A DNA stretch of 64,000 bases from an uncultured bacterium (GTDB lineage Bacteria; Planctomycetota; UBA1135; GCA-002686595): assembly GCA_943787795.1 (NCBI GenBank), contig CALSNU010000004.1, positions 1 to 64,000 of the forward strand, given 5' to 3'. The notes beneath the pieces were generated by a model. The model saw only the letters and a list, made by a program, of their open reading frames with translations, was not told where the DNA came from and did no database searches. The translations under genes were made by a program, and so were the position numbers. Below are positions 19,501-27,817 of this stretch, one piece after another (the stretch's first letter is position 1; the number at the start of each line of letters is the position of its first letter).

Positions 19501-19787
19501 TCGTCCCCCATGGGAACCCGCAAGCCGTTCTCGTCCAGGCCAAACAGCTGCACGAGGCGGCCAAACCTGGTGGAGACAAGCCTGACCTCGGTGGCGCTGC
19601 CGCCCGAGTTGGTGTCGGTGAAGTAGAACGTGCCGTCCGTGATCCCCTGGCCGCCCCCAGGCGTGGACTCAGCGGAGGAGCCGCCCCCACATGCGGTGGC
19701 CCCCAAACCCAGGATCAGGCCCGCCAGGAATCGGGGGGCTCGACTGGTTCGGGGCGAGTTGTTGGGCTGATGAGTGGTCATCGGCAT
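16524..19787 (-). CDS. Giant Ig-like lipoprotein (1087 aa)
   Basis: LGLGATAC lipobox-like; LTFDDLIDPNTI and FRFSEPMDPLSL...RRVTFVP...RDLAGN Ig-like domains; C-terminal RFYQVRLTF...TPELSAFAMTW. Confidence 0.85.
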   Translation of the reverse strand: MPMTTHQPNNSPRTSRAPRFLAGLILGLGATACGGGSSAESTPGGGQGITDGTFYFTDTNSGGSATEVRLVSTRFGRLVQLFGLDENGLRVPMGDDFVIPQSLASDEVDYEIGINAITGQENLTVLRDVSTREGLEEFVALLQAAGEGLDLIQVQDLNTSGVFSMLPRNSAVVLTFDDLIDPNTINRNSIQIATGLPPAFPFEARIFPSAFYGDIGPGGQLFPTRVVIDLTISELEAFASNPPLVINGIGLPPSLVLGDANAQLRIPTRTNAAQGITTVLSNITDHQLGTSNNGPVDNSSSTRPVTRAFRSGGRPDLISDPFNGFLRDSLAPVVVGSTPIDVPMAPTQVGGPESTSFVIPQIVFQSSLCGSPPQPGDVIDQSGVFAQVAADAPPPVGGLVSGVQVQLLSYPAAWSGPGDWELFGAVPASYQTAFDPLPDAQRPQCYTQILPQAVGFPEDPGFGISTGAQMTFRFSEPMDPLSLTAFDSLTLTRELIPSVGNLPTSDYVVGSVGQSADLRRVTFVPGQPLAHEEGVSESYFLTLANVGDDFPPRDLAGNIVETVPAVDLVVAPAQSSQLTGGRVSRFTSIDEEPPFGNKPEWGGQFLVDSGRQLIRPRPVIRSFVPINESQAIVQQMTQFPQGVVTPLSNFGSKMQTLWRYCDAGFSLTDPQNLNIDVEGLNWQPSGGVITPDAFAQFEIKLSHCRYAPDEIIDPSSLFPQFQNSGLRPQYDSNVLPGAPNITVHPRERGYTVDSGNLFTTPTGASLLPFPMNRGIAPEDFTYYTWRDTTIRDRAGISNGGVEPQAYLLALGIEAPLVPYYRPGQVQTSGLPLLMEFRTYPDPEAIGLNAWVLALAVNSSSRPYFRAFSTGGVNQAGTTVFVNPDSQSISNGGFNPGSLPNPGAPTFGRDNTVHLGGIDYITRVSQVYSIWSESIIPSEANFSTRVYNPPILEPDANAQPPGTEITVNFRGAQSFTYDNSGLYRVDNDADDGGLGNGIIDYTEDGFSLDLYGDYYNEVDTAAIAGSINHDTNAMNPGISFLGASDDWKSEVSQINDARFYQVRLTFVGNPVTVQTPELSAFAMTWSQD

Positions 19788-19941
19788 CGTTACGTCGTTG
19801 ATTCGAAGGACGTCACCTCGTTCGACGCCTCAGAAGCATCGAGCGCGGTGGCCCAGCGGGGGGGGTAGGGAGTCGCCTATTCGGTGGGAACCGCAGCGCG
19901 ACCGGGACCGCAGGCTGCCTCGGGCGGCCTGTGGGTCGAGC

Positions 19942-19969
19942 ATTGTTCCACAGAGTGGACGGGGGTCAA
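19942..19969 (-). promoter_or_regulatory. Possible sigma70-type promoter for the lipoprotein cluster
   Basis: Minus strand TTGACC-16 nt-AACAAT with TG upstream of the -10, ~155 nt before the ATG. Confidence 0.35.
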
Positions 19970-20290
19970 GGGAGCGTACCTGAGCAACCTCTGTGCCGGA
20001 GCCGCGAATCGGCCCCAGATCGTGCCTGAAGCCGCGATCCGGCCCTGAAACACGGTCCGCAGCCCCAGACGCGTGCGGAACCGCACAGCGTCTGAACCTC
20101 CCCCGAGAGGAACCGCCCGGGGCGCCGGGGAAGCGACTGATTCTCCGTCGCGCAGCCTTGCGGCTTCCAGCCGGCCCTCCGGAGCCCCCCCCCACGGCTC
20201 CCTGGAGCGTCCCATGAACCTCCGCCGAGGCCTCACGGGCAGCGAGAGCGGCCCCGCTGCATGGAGTGCGCTCCCCTGCCCGGAGCGGAT

Positions 20291-21754
20291 TCAGTGCCCC
20301 GTCAGGCTGACTGCTGGTCGGAAGCCCGCCTCCACGGCGGCCTCTTCGTTCCCGAAGAACACGAGGTGCTCGGGGAGGATCAGACGGATGGTCCCCGCTT
20401 CGGGCGCGTGGAAGATCCTGGAGCGGGAACAGCCGATGACGGCGTGGGACAGCTCCCGGGTGCAATAGGCGCACGCCACGCGCAGCGGGTCGCGCTCAAG
20501 GATCCGAAAGCGCGGCTCCGCATGCCGGGTCTCCGTGCGCGAGATGCACGACGGGTTCGGGCAGGGATTGGGACCCACGGGGACCCCGTAGGACTCGCGC
20601 ATTTCGGCCGGCTCACCCGCGGACTCGAGAGGCACTCGCCCAAGGAGCCAGGCCAGGATCGCCATCCGGATCGGGACGCCACGCGCCGCCTGCTTGAAGT
20701 AGATGCTCCGGGGGTCCGCGTCGACCTCGTCGCTGATCTCATCTCGCCTCGGCAGGGGGTGCATCACGACCGCGTCCCGCAGGGACTCGGCGGCCATGGC
20801 GCGCTTCTCAAGTCGAAGGTAGGCCGTCTCGGACAGCTCGGTGCCCGAGTGCCGCTCGGTCTGAGGCCGGGTCATGTAGACCGCATCCACGCTCTGCACC
20901 TCCCACCCGCGGGCATCCGTGAAGAGCGAGAGCTGGTGGGGCTTCTGAGGGGTGAGGTACACCGCGTCGCTGTTGGAGGCCAGGTTGCCGAGCCGTCGCG
21001 CATCCGCCCGCATGGGTTCGACCTGGAACTCCTCGTGGAGCCGCTCCACCACGTAGTCAGGGAGCTCAAGGCCAGCCTGAGGAACGCAGACAATATTGGC
21101 CCCGAACCGGGCCAGGGCGTACGCGAAGGAGTGGACCGTCCGGCTGTACTTGAGGTCACCCGCGAGGACCACGTCCAGACCCTCGATCTTGCCGCGCTCC
21201 ACGTGGAGGTTGTAGAGATCGCAGAGCGTCTGGGTCGGGTGTTCGAGGCTTCCGTCGCCGGCGTTGATGACCGGGACCGGTGAGTAGCGTGCCGCGAGCC
21301 TCGCGGCCCCCTCGCTGGGATGGCGGAGGACGATCACGTCCGCGTACCCGCCCCCCACGACCCGGATCGTGTCCGCCAAGGACTCCCCCTTGACGACGCT
21401 TGAGCTCGTCATCTCCGCGGCGGTCAGGACGCCGCCGCCAAGCCGGAGCATGGCTGACTCGAAGGACAGCCGCGTCCGGGTAGAGGGCTCATAGAAGAGG
21501 CTCGCCGAGATGAACCCCGGACAGGTATCAGCGAACGCCCGAGGGTCCGCTGCGAAGCGGTCGGCCAGCCGGAAGAGCGCGTGCATCTCAGCGAGCGAGA
21601 CGTCGTCAATCGAGACGAGATGCCTCGCCGTGGGCGGGCCCATCCCCGCGCTCGGGGGCCCCCCCGCGCTCGGGGCCAGCGCCCCACCGGGGGCGCGGTC
21701 GCCCTCCGCCTGTTCGGGTTCGCTGCTGCCGTCCGCCGCTGTGTCCTGGGTCAT
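20291..21754 (-). CDS. pyrB: Aspartate carbamoyltransferase catalytic chain fused to PyrI-like Zn module and Ada-like domain
   Basis: FYEPSTRTRLSF, KGESLADT, INAGDG..HPTQ, GDLKYSRTVHS, MHPLPR; C-terminal CPNPSCIS...CAYC then IFH...LVFFGNEEAAVEAGFRP. Confidence 0.9.
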   Translation of the reverse strand: MTQDTAADGSSEPEQAEGDRAPGGALAPSAGGPPSAGMGPPTARHLVSIDDVSLAEMHALFRLADRFAADPRAFADTCPGFISASLFYEPSTRTRLSFESAMLRLGGGVLTAAEMTSSSVVKGESLADTIRVVGGGYADVIVLRHPSEGAARLAARYSPVPVINAGDGSLEHPTQTLCDLYNLHVERGKIEGLDVVLAGDLKYSRTVHSFAYALARFGANIVCVPQAGLELPDYVVERLHEEFQVEPMRADARRLGNLASNSDAVYLTPQKPHQLSLFTDARGWEVQSVDAVYMTRPQTERHSGTELSETAYLRLEKRAMAAESLRDAVVMHPLPRRDEISDEVDADPRSIYFKQAARGVPIRMAILAWLLGRVPLESAGEPAEMRESYGVPVGPNPCPNPSCISRTETRHAEPRFRILERDPLRVACAYCTRELSHAVIGCSRSRIFHAPEAGTIRLILPEHLVFFGNEEAAVEAGFRPAVSLTGH

Positions 21755-21813
21755 TCGCGCCATCTCCTCGAGCAGGGTCCCGTGGAGTAGACCTTGCGCC
21801 CGCGCCTGAGAAG

Positions 21814-22986
21814 CTAGAGCGATGCGAGCAGAGAAGCGAGCGTCGAACCGTCGACGGTCTCGGCCGTCGCGAGATCGCACAGTCGCTCCAGGAGCTCCGG
21901 CTCGAACGGAACGGCCCGCCCAGCAACCCAGCCGGGGTGGCCGCCGAGCCCGAGGTGCTCGATAAACAGGTTCCCGATGGTCTTCCTCGCGTGCGTCGGG
22001 TCCTCAAGGGCAGAGATCCCGAGGGGCCCCCAGCCCGCGGGGCTGATGCCGCGCCGCTCTGCGGCTCGGCTCTCCAGGTGGAGGCGTCGCCCCGCAAGTC
22101 CCGGACCGCCTGGCGCCGCGGCCACTCGCTCCGAGCCCAAAGGTGAGAGTTCCAGCACGAGATCCGCGCGCGAGGCGACCCCGCGGGCGAGGCGCTGCCC
22201 TTCGGCCTCCACGGACGCAGCTGGGTCCCCCATGGCGACGGGGATCGCCAGGTCTCGCTCCCCCGCCGTATCGACCAGAATCACGGGCCAGCCACCGAGC
22301 TCCGCCGGAGCCCCGAGCGCGTCGCGCGTGGTGCCCGGACGCGCGGTCACGGCCGCTTGCTCCTCACCGAGCAGCGCATTGAAGAGGGTCGACTTACCGG
22401 CGTTCACGGGCCCGACGATCGCCACCACGGTGGGCGTCCACAGGCGGACGCAGCGGCGCCCCTCCGCGGCCAGCGCTGAGAGTCGCTGCCGTCGCTCGGC
22501 TGGCTCCGCGTCGACCAGCTCAGCCAGCTCTTCGCGCAGGGCTCCCGCAGCCTGGTCGAGGAGCACCCGGGCCCCGATCGCTGACGCCGTCCATGCCGCC
22601 GCGCGCTCCGCCCGCTCCTCCAGCGAGGGCGAACCTCCATCGTGGGTAAGAGCTCGGCCGCCTCCTCTCCCCGGAAGAGGGTCAACCTCACCCGGCTGAT
22701 CGCTGAGCAGCCCGCTGACCGCGGACACGATGGAGGGGCTCCCGTGGGTGTGAACCTCGACCCACTCGCTCCGGCCGACCAGGAGGGCCTCGTCCAGGGG
22801 AGGTTCATCCGGAGGTGAACCCGGCTCACGGAGAACGGCGAGCCGAACCTCCCCCGGTTCGGGGATGCCAGCCCTCGACAGCCCACGGAGCTTCGCGAGG
22901 GCCCTGGCCCCTCGGATGGAGAGGACCGCCACGCCGCCCGACCCGGAGGGGGTGAGCAGTTCGACGCTGGATCCGGCGGCGCTCAC
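21814..22986 (-). CDS. MnmE/TrmE-like GTPase, divergent and C-terminally shortened
   Basis: LTPSGSGGVAVLSIRG, VEVHTHGS, GPVNAGKS, PGTTRD, DTAG; lacks NKxD and terminal CxGK; GTG start overlaps coaX stop. Confidence 0.8.
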   Translation of the reverse strand: MSAAGSSVELLTPSGSGGVAVLSIRGARALAKLRGLSRAGIPEPGEVRLAVLREPGSPPDEPPLDEALLVGRSEWVEVHTHGSPSIVSAVSGLLSDQPGEVDPLPGRGGGRALTHDGGSPSLEERAERAAAWTASAIGARVLLDQAAGALREELAELVDAEPAERRQRLSALAAEGRRCVRLWTPTVVAIVGPVNAGKSTLFNALLGEEQAAVTARPGTTRDALGAPAELGGWPVILVDTAGERDLAIPVAMGDPAASVEAEGQRLARGVASRADLVLELSPLGSERVAAAPGGPGLAGRRLHLESRAAERRGISPAGWGPLGISALEDPTHARKTIGNLFIEHLGLGGHPGWVAGRAVPFEPELLERLCDLATAETVDGSTLASLLASL

Positions 22987-23783
22987 TGGAAGCACCGCCT
23001 CGCCGCCGCTGCGAGGCCGACGTGGACGAGGAGTTCGACCTCGGTCGGTCGCCGCCCGAGACCTGCCGCTACCCCGTCGAGGGCGAAGCCGCGAGCGCCG
23101 CCGGTGACAAACCCCTCGACCCGATCGGGCCCGCCGAAGGCCTCGTTCGCAATCGACCGACAGAGGGTCTCCACGGCACCCCGAAAGCCCACGACCACCC
23201 CTGCCCGCAGCGCCTCTTCGGTGGAGCGCCCAAGCGCGGGTGTATCGACTCGGATCGAAAAGTCAGGGAGCCGGGCGCCTGCGCGCGTGAGGCCCTCCGA
23301 GAGGGTTCCCGGGCCAGGGGCGATGGCGCCGCCGAGGAACGCGCCCCCTTCGGCGGTGGGCAGCACCGCGTCCACGGTCACCGCCGTCCCCGCGTCTACG
23401 ACGAGGACGCCCGCCGGACGGGGACCTCGGCCAAGCTGTTCCAGGGCTCCGCGGGCCCCGTAGAGGCGGTCCCGCCCGCAGGTCTCGGGATGGTCGAGGC
23501 GAAGCTCGAGCCCCGCGTCAGGGTTGACCGCGACGGTGAGCCCCAGACCCTCCAAGAGACCTCGCAGGCGGTGCTCCTCCGAGAGGGTTCCCACCGCGCT
23601 GACCGCGGCGAGGCGAGGGCGCTCCCCGCACGCCGCAGCGCGCTCGAGGCAGCCCCCCAGAATGGAGGCGTCCAGCTCCCCGACCTTGCAGGCGGCGAGC
23701 CGCTCCGCGCCGCCGGGACCGACACGGGCCACCGAGGCGCTGGAGTTGCCCAGGTCCAGGGTCAGCACCGCTTCTCCCGTCAC
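22983..23783 (-). CDS. coaX: Type III pantothenate kinase
   Basis: LDLGNS, GRDR, VVDAGTAVTVD, FLGGAIAPG, TGG motifs. Confidence 0.9.
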   Translation of the reverse strand: MTGEAVLTLDLGNSSASVARVGPGGAERLAACKVGELDASILGGCLERAAACGERPRLAAVSAVGTLSEEHRLRGLLEGLGLTVAVNPDAGLELRLDHPETCGRDRLYGARGALEQLGRGPRPAGVLVVDAGTAVTVDAVLPTAEGGAFLGGAIAPGPGTLSEGLTRAGARLPDFSIRVDTPALGRSTEEALRAGVVVGFRGAVETLCRSIANEAFGGPDRVEGFVTGGARGFALDGVAAGLGRRPTEVELLVHVGLAAAARRCFQ

Positions 23784-24778
23784 TCGCCGGGGCTGTGATA
23801 GACGATGGTCTCCACGCGCCCCAGTCGAAGGACCTCGACGGTCCAGACCGAGTAGCGCTCCGAGTTCGCCTTGGCGAACCCGATCGCCTCCTGCTGACTC
23901 CCAACAGGCGTCCCGTTGATCGCGATGACCACGTCTCCGGACTGAGCGCCATGCCGGCTGACAATCGAACCCTCTCGCACCTCGGTGATCTCCACGCCCG
24001 CGCGCTTCCCGTCCTTCATGTAGGTCCGGGTCTTGACGTCGTTCGAGAGGATGGACTGGTAGTCACGCGCGAGAGCATCCGCGTCCTCGGTCCCCAGGTA
24101 GAACTGACCGTTGCGCTGCTCTGTCCTGGTCGGCAGGTCGGGCTCCTGCTGGCCCCCTTTGGCGATCAGCGAGACCTTCCGGCGGGTCCGGAATTCCGCC
24201 CCGTCCTTCAGGGACTCGATCAGGTCCGCCCCGGTCCGGGAGCTGGGAGTGAGGAACTCTCGCTCCCGCCCCTCGTCCTCGAAGGAGAACTCCACGCCGG
24301 CCGAGGTGATTCGATAGACGCTGAACTCTCCTTCTGGCGACATCGCCGTGGATCCGACCGCGAACCAGCGGTCCCTCGGGTCGGCCTGGGGGGCTGCGAG
24401 CCGCACGAGGCAGAGGGACTCACCCGGGTCGCGCTCGTCAACGAGCACCATCAGCACCTCGAGCACCTCGGAGACCGGCGTGAGCCGGACGATCACGTCG
24501 TCGGTCCCGCTGCTCACGGCCTCCTCGACGACCACGGGGAGCGCGCCTGTCCAGTTGGAGAACACGATCGCCGGCTTGATGTCATCGTCGTAGTTCAGCG
24601 CAGCCGCTCGCGGAGCGGCCGGCGACTTGACGTTGTTGAGCACCGTGTCCGCCCGCTTCAGGTCGAAGTAGGTCCGGTCTCGCCCGTCGGTGTAGTAGTC
24701 GTACGCGACGTACGCCACCCCGGCAAGGAGCACTGTGGAGGCCAGGTAAGAGACCGACTTGACGATGCCGACGTTCAT
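23780..24778 (-). CDS. GspC-like TM-HR-PDZ protein, copy 1
   Basis: N-terminal TM helix, beta-rich middle domain, C-terminal PDZ (GVEITEVREGSIVSRHGAQSGDVVIAING). Confidence 0.75.
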   Translation of the reverse strand: MNVGIVKSVSYLASTVLLAGVAYVAYDYYTDGRDRTYFDLKRADTVLNNVKSPAAPRAAALNYDDDIKPAIVFSNWTGALPVVVEEAVSSGTDDVIVRLTPVSEVLEVLMVLVDERDPGESLCLVRLAAPQADPRDRWFAVGSTAMSPEGEFSVYRITSAGVEFSFEDEGREREFLTPSSRTGADLIESLKDGAEFRTRRKVSLIAKGGQQEPDLPTRTEQRNGQFYLGTEDADALARDYQSILSNDVKTRTYMKDGKRAGVEITEVREGSIVSRHGAQSGDVVIAINGTPVGSQQEAIGFAKANSERYSVWTVEVLRLGRVETIVYHSPGE

Positions 24779-24822
24779 GGGACAGGAGGCGCGTTGTGGG
24801 TGGACCCCGACGCGCTGCGCAT

Positions 24823-25821
24823 TCAGTCGTTGGAGCTGTGATAGATGATCGTCTCGATTCGGCCGAGACGCAGGACCTCGACCTCCCAGACCGAATAACG
24901 CTCTGAGTTGTTCTTGGCGAAGGAGATCGCCTCCTGCTGACTGTTGACGGGGTTCCCGTTGATCGAGATCACCACGTCCCCAGATTGGGCCCCATGGCGG
25001 GACGCGATCGACCCCTCGCGGACCTCCGTCAATTCAACACCGGAGCGCTTGCCGTCGACGTAGCGGGTCTTCGTCTTCACATCCTGGGAGAGGATCTGCT
25101 GGTACCCCTCGGCGAACTGCTTGGCGTCGTCAGATCCGATGTAGAACTGGCCGTTACGCCGCTCCGTCATCAGCGACGGCGTCCCGTCCGCGGACCCCGC
25201 GGATCCCGACCCAACGAGGGTCCGCCGCACGATGCGCTCCCCGGGGCCAAGGCTCCGGATCAGGTCCGCACCGTTGGACCGGAGGCTGAGCGAGACCACC
25301 TCCGACGGGCGCCCCGCGTCGGCGAACGAGAACTCCACGCCGTCCGCGAGGATGTTCAGAACGGAGACCTGGTCGTTGGGCGCCGGCAGGGAGGCGCCCA
25401 CCGAGAAGAGCTGCTCTGCGGGCGAGATGCTGCTATCCGAGAACCTGAGGGAGCAGTAGGAGTCCCCCGGATCCCGAGGATCCGAGAGCACCATGATCAC
25501 CTCAAGGATGTCCTCCACCGGGATGACGGGCGCCGGGGTGTCCACGGACTCGACCGCCTCGGCGACTTCGGGAGGAGGGGGCGGCTTGCCGGTCCAATCA
25601 AACCCGACGACCGTCGGCATGATGTCCTTCGCGAAGTCCAGGGCGACCGGAGCCGGCGCCTTGGGGGCCTCTACGCCGTTCAGGACCCCATACGCGTGCT
25701 CACCGTCGAAGTAGGTGACCTGGTGATCGTTCTCGTAGTAGTCGTACCCCGAATAGGCCATCGCGCTCACGCAGGCGAACGACGACAGATAAGCGAGGGA
25801 CTTGATCGTGGGGACATTCAT
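24823..25821 (-). CDS. GspC-like TM-HR-PDZ protein, copy 2
   Basis: Tandem paralog of 23780..24778 (MNVPTIKSLAYL; RNGQFY; near-identical PDZ ending TIIYHS). Confidence 0.75.
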   Translation of the reverse strand: MNVPTIKSLAYLSSFACVSAMAYSGYDYYENDHQVTYFDGEHAYGVLNGVEAPKAPAPVALDFAKDIMPTVVGFDWTGKPPPPPEVAEAVESVDTPAPVIPVEDILEVIMVLSDPRDPGDSYCSLRFSDSSISPAEQLFSVGASLPAPNDQVSVLNILADGVEFSFADAGRPSEVVSLSLRSNGADLIRSLGPGERIVRRTLVGSGSAGSADGTPSLMTERRNGQFYIGSDDAKQFAEGYQQILSQDVKTKTRYVDGKRSGVELTEVREGSIASRHGAQSGDVVISINGNPVNSQQEAISFAKNNSERYSVWEVEVLRLGRIETIIYHSSND

Positions 25822-25923
25822 GGCTCGGTCGGGGTCGCCCCCCGCGCTGAAGCAGGTTAGCAAGCAGACGCCGCGCCACGGCGATCCTTCCCAGGGACAC
25901 CGATTTTGCCCTCTCCCAGAGGA

Positions 25924-27639
25924 TCAGAGGGTTCCTTTCCGGAGCCGCAGCGCGCCCTCTCCGGAAGCGTCGGGGTCCTGTGGGGTCCGTAGCCCCGCCT
26001 TCGGCTCACCAGGCTCCTCTCGCTGAGCCGCCGCGCGCGCCGTCCCACGGACGCCTCCGTGGATTCCCCGGAGACTCATCACCAGCTCATCCGGCCGGTC
26101 AGAGGCCTCGCAGGCATCCTCCAATGAGACGGTCCCGGCTTGTACAAGCTCTGAAAGGCGACTGTTGAGCGAGACGAGCCCCGCCTCCATCCCCGACTCG
26201 ATGACCCGCCCGAGCTCGGTGGTCTTGCCCACCTCGAGCAACTCCCGAACCTGGGGCGTCGCGCTCATCAGCTCGTAGGCAGGGATCAGCCCGCCGCCAG
26301 CGCGGGGGACAAGTCGCATGGACAGGACCCCCGCGAGGGTGTCCGCCATCCGCTGCCGGATCTGGGCGTGCCGCTCCACAGGGAAGTAGCCAAGGATCCG
26401 GTCGACCGTCTGCGCAGCATTGACCGTGTGCATGGTGGACATCACCAGGTGCCCTGTCTCGATCGCCTCGAGCGCCGCGAGCACCGTCTCGGCGTCTCGC
26501 ATCTCGCCGATCAAGATCACATCGGGGCTCTGCCTCAAGGCGTGCTTGAGGCCAAGCTTGAAGGATGACGTGTCGGTGCCGATCTCGCGCTGACTGATCA
26601 CGCAGTAGCGCTCCTTGAAGAGCAGCTCGATCGGGTCCTCCAGCGTGACGATGTGCCGCTCCACGTTGCGGTTCATGAACTCGATCATCGCCGAGAGGGT
26701 GGTCGACTTGCCCGAGCCGGCGACCCCCGTGACGAGGACGAGCCCACGCTTGCGCAGGGCGAGCGCCTTCAGGTCGTCCGAGGGAAGGTTGAGTTCATCC
26801 AACCCAGGTGCGTCCTCGTTGATGCGACGGATGACGATCGCTGGCTCGCCCATCTGCTTGTAAGCGTTGATTCGGAACCGGCCCAGCCCATCCAGGTCGA
26901 GCGCCGCGTCGGCCGCTCCGACCTCGAGGAACTGCTCCATGCGCCGCTCCCCCAGGATCCCCTTCAAAACCTCGAGCATGGGCCCGGGTCCCGGCACCCG
27001 CCCCTCGAGGAACTGGATCCTCCCGCTCAGTCGTTGAGAGGGTCTCCCCCCACTGCGCAGGATCAGGTCGCTCGCATTCGACGCGACCATCTGTTTCAGC
27101 CACCCCTCGACCTCGTGCCTCGGACTGACCGAGGAGGAAGCAGGGCTGGTGTCCTCGTCGATGTCAACGGTGAGGGACCGCGGCCGGCGGCCAGGCCCAT
27201 CCAGCTCGTTCGGGAACCAGGCGTCGTCCGCAGCCGTACTCACTTGCTCCGAGTGACGATCCGCCGCGGGGTCCGCCGCCGCGGGGTTCGCCGCCGCGGA
27301 GCCCATCGCCGTATGGTCCATCGCCGTGGGACCAGCTTCGGTGAGATGACCCATCCGGACGTCTTCGCCTTCCTCGCGCGGCAGACCATCCTCAAAGGAG
27401 AACAGGCCCTCGGCGACGCCGTCCTCGGTGGAGGCGGACGGCAAGGGCGGCAACAACGCCTCCGGGCCGCTGCTCAGCGTTGACGCCGGCGCGGGTTCCG
27501 GTGTGGATGCCGGTGTGGGTGACGGGGCTGGCGCTCCAACTCGATCTGGCGCTGCTCCCGCGAGCCCCGGACCATCCCGGTCCGTTGGTGCAACCCCCTT
27601 GAAGCTGAAGTCGTCGTCGGTGATGTCGTTCACTGCCAT
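25924..27639 (-). CDS. PilT/PilU-family ATPase with long acidic N-terminal extension
   Basis: ASDLIL, GVAGSGKS, TLEDPIE, LRQSPD, ETGHLVMSTMH; AIRNLIRE motif replaced by QVRELLE. Confidence 0.88.
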   Translation of the reverse strand: MAVNDITDDDFSFKGVAPTDRDGPGLAGAAPDRVGAPAPSPTPASTPEPAPASTLSSGPEALLPPLPSASTEDGVAEGLFSFEDGLPREEGEDVRMGHLTEAGPTAMDHTAMGSAAANPAAADPAADRHSEQVSTAADDAWFPNELDGPGRRPRSLTVDIDEDTSPASSSVSPRHEVEGWLKQMVASNASDLILRSGGRPSQRLSGRIQFLEGRVPGPGPMLEVLKGILGERRMEQFLEVGAADAALDLDGLGRFRINAYKQMGEPAIVIRRINEDAPGLDELNLPSDDLKALALRKRGLVLVTGVAGSGKSTTLSAMIEFMNRNVERHIVTLEDPIELLFKERYCVISQREIGTDTSSFKLGLKHALRQSPDVILIGEMRDAETVLAALEAIETGHLVMSTMHTVNAAQTVDRILGYFPVERHAQIRQRMADTLAGVLSMRLVPRAGGGLIPAYELMSATPQVRELLEVGKTTELGRVIESGMEAGLVSLNSRLSELVQAGTVSLEDACEASDRPDELVMSLRGIHGGVRGTARAAAQREEPGEPKAGLRTPQDPDASGEGALRLRKGTL

Positions 27640-27817
27640 GCCCTCACTCGCTGCCCGCACAACCCTGGCGTGTGCCGTCCGTCCGCCCGCGCAAGAGCGG
27701 GCCGATCCAGGGCAAGGCATCGACGCCGGGGGTGCCCCCCCTTGAGCACCCATTGGGCGGGCCCGACGGCCTCTCACGCCGGGACAGAGGGGGCCCGCAG
27801 GCTCCCCAAACGGAGGC

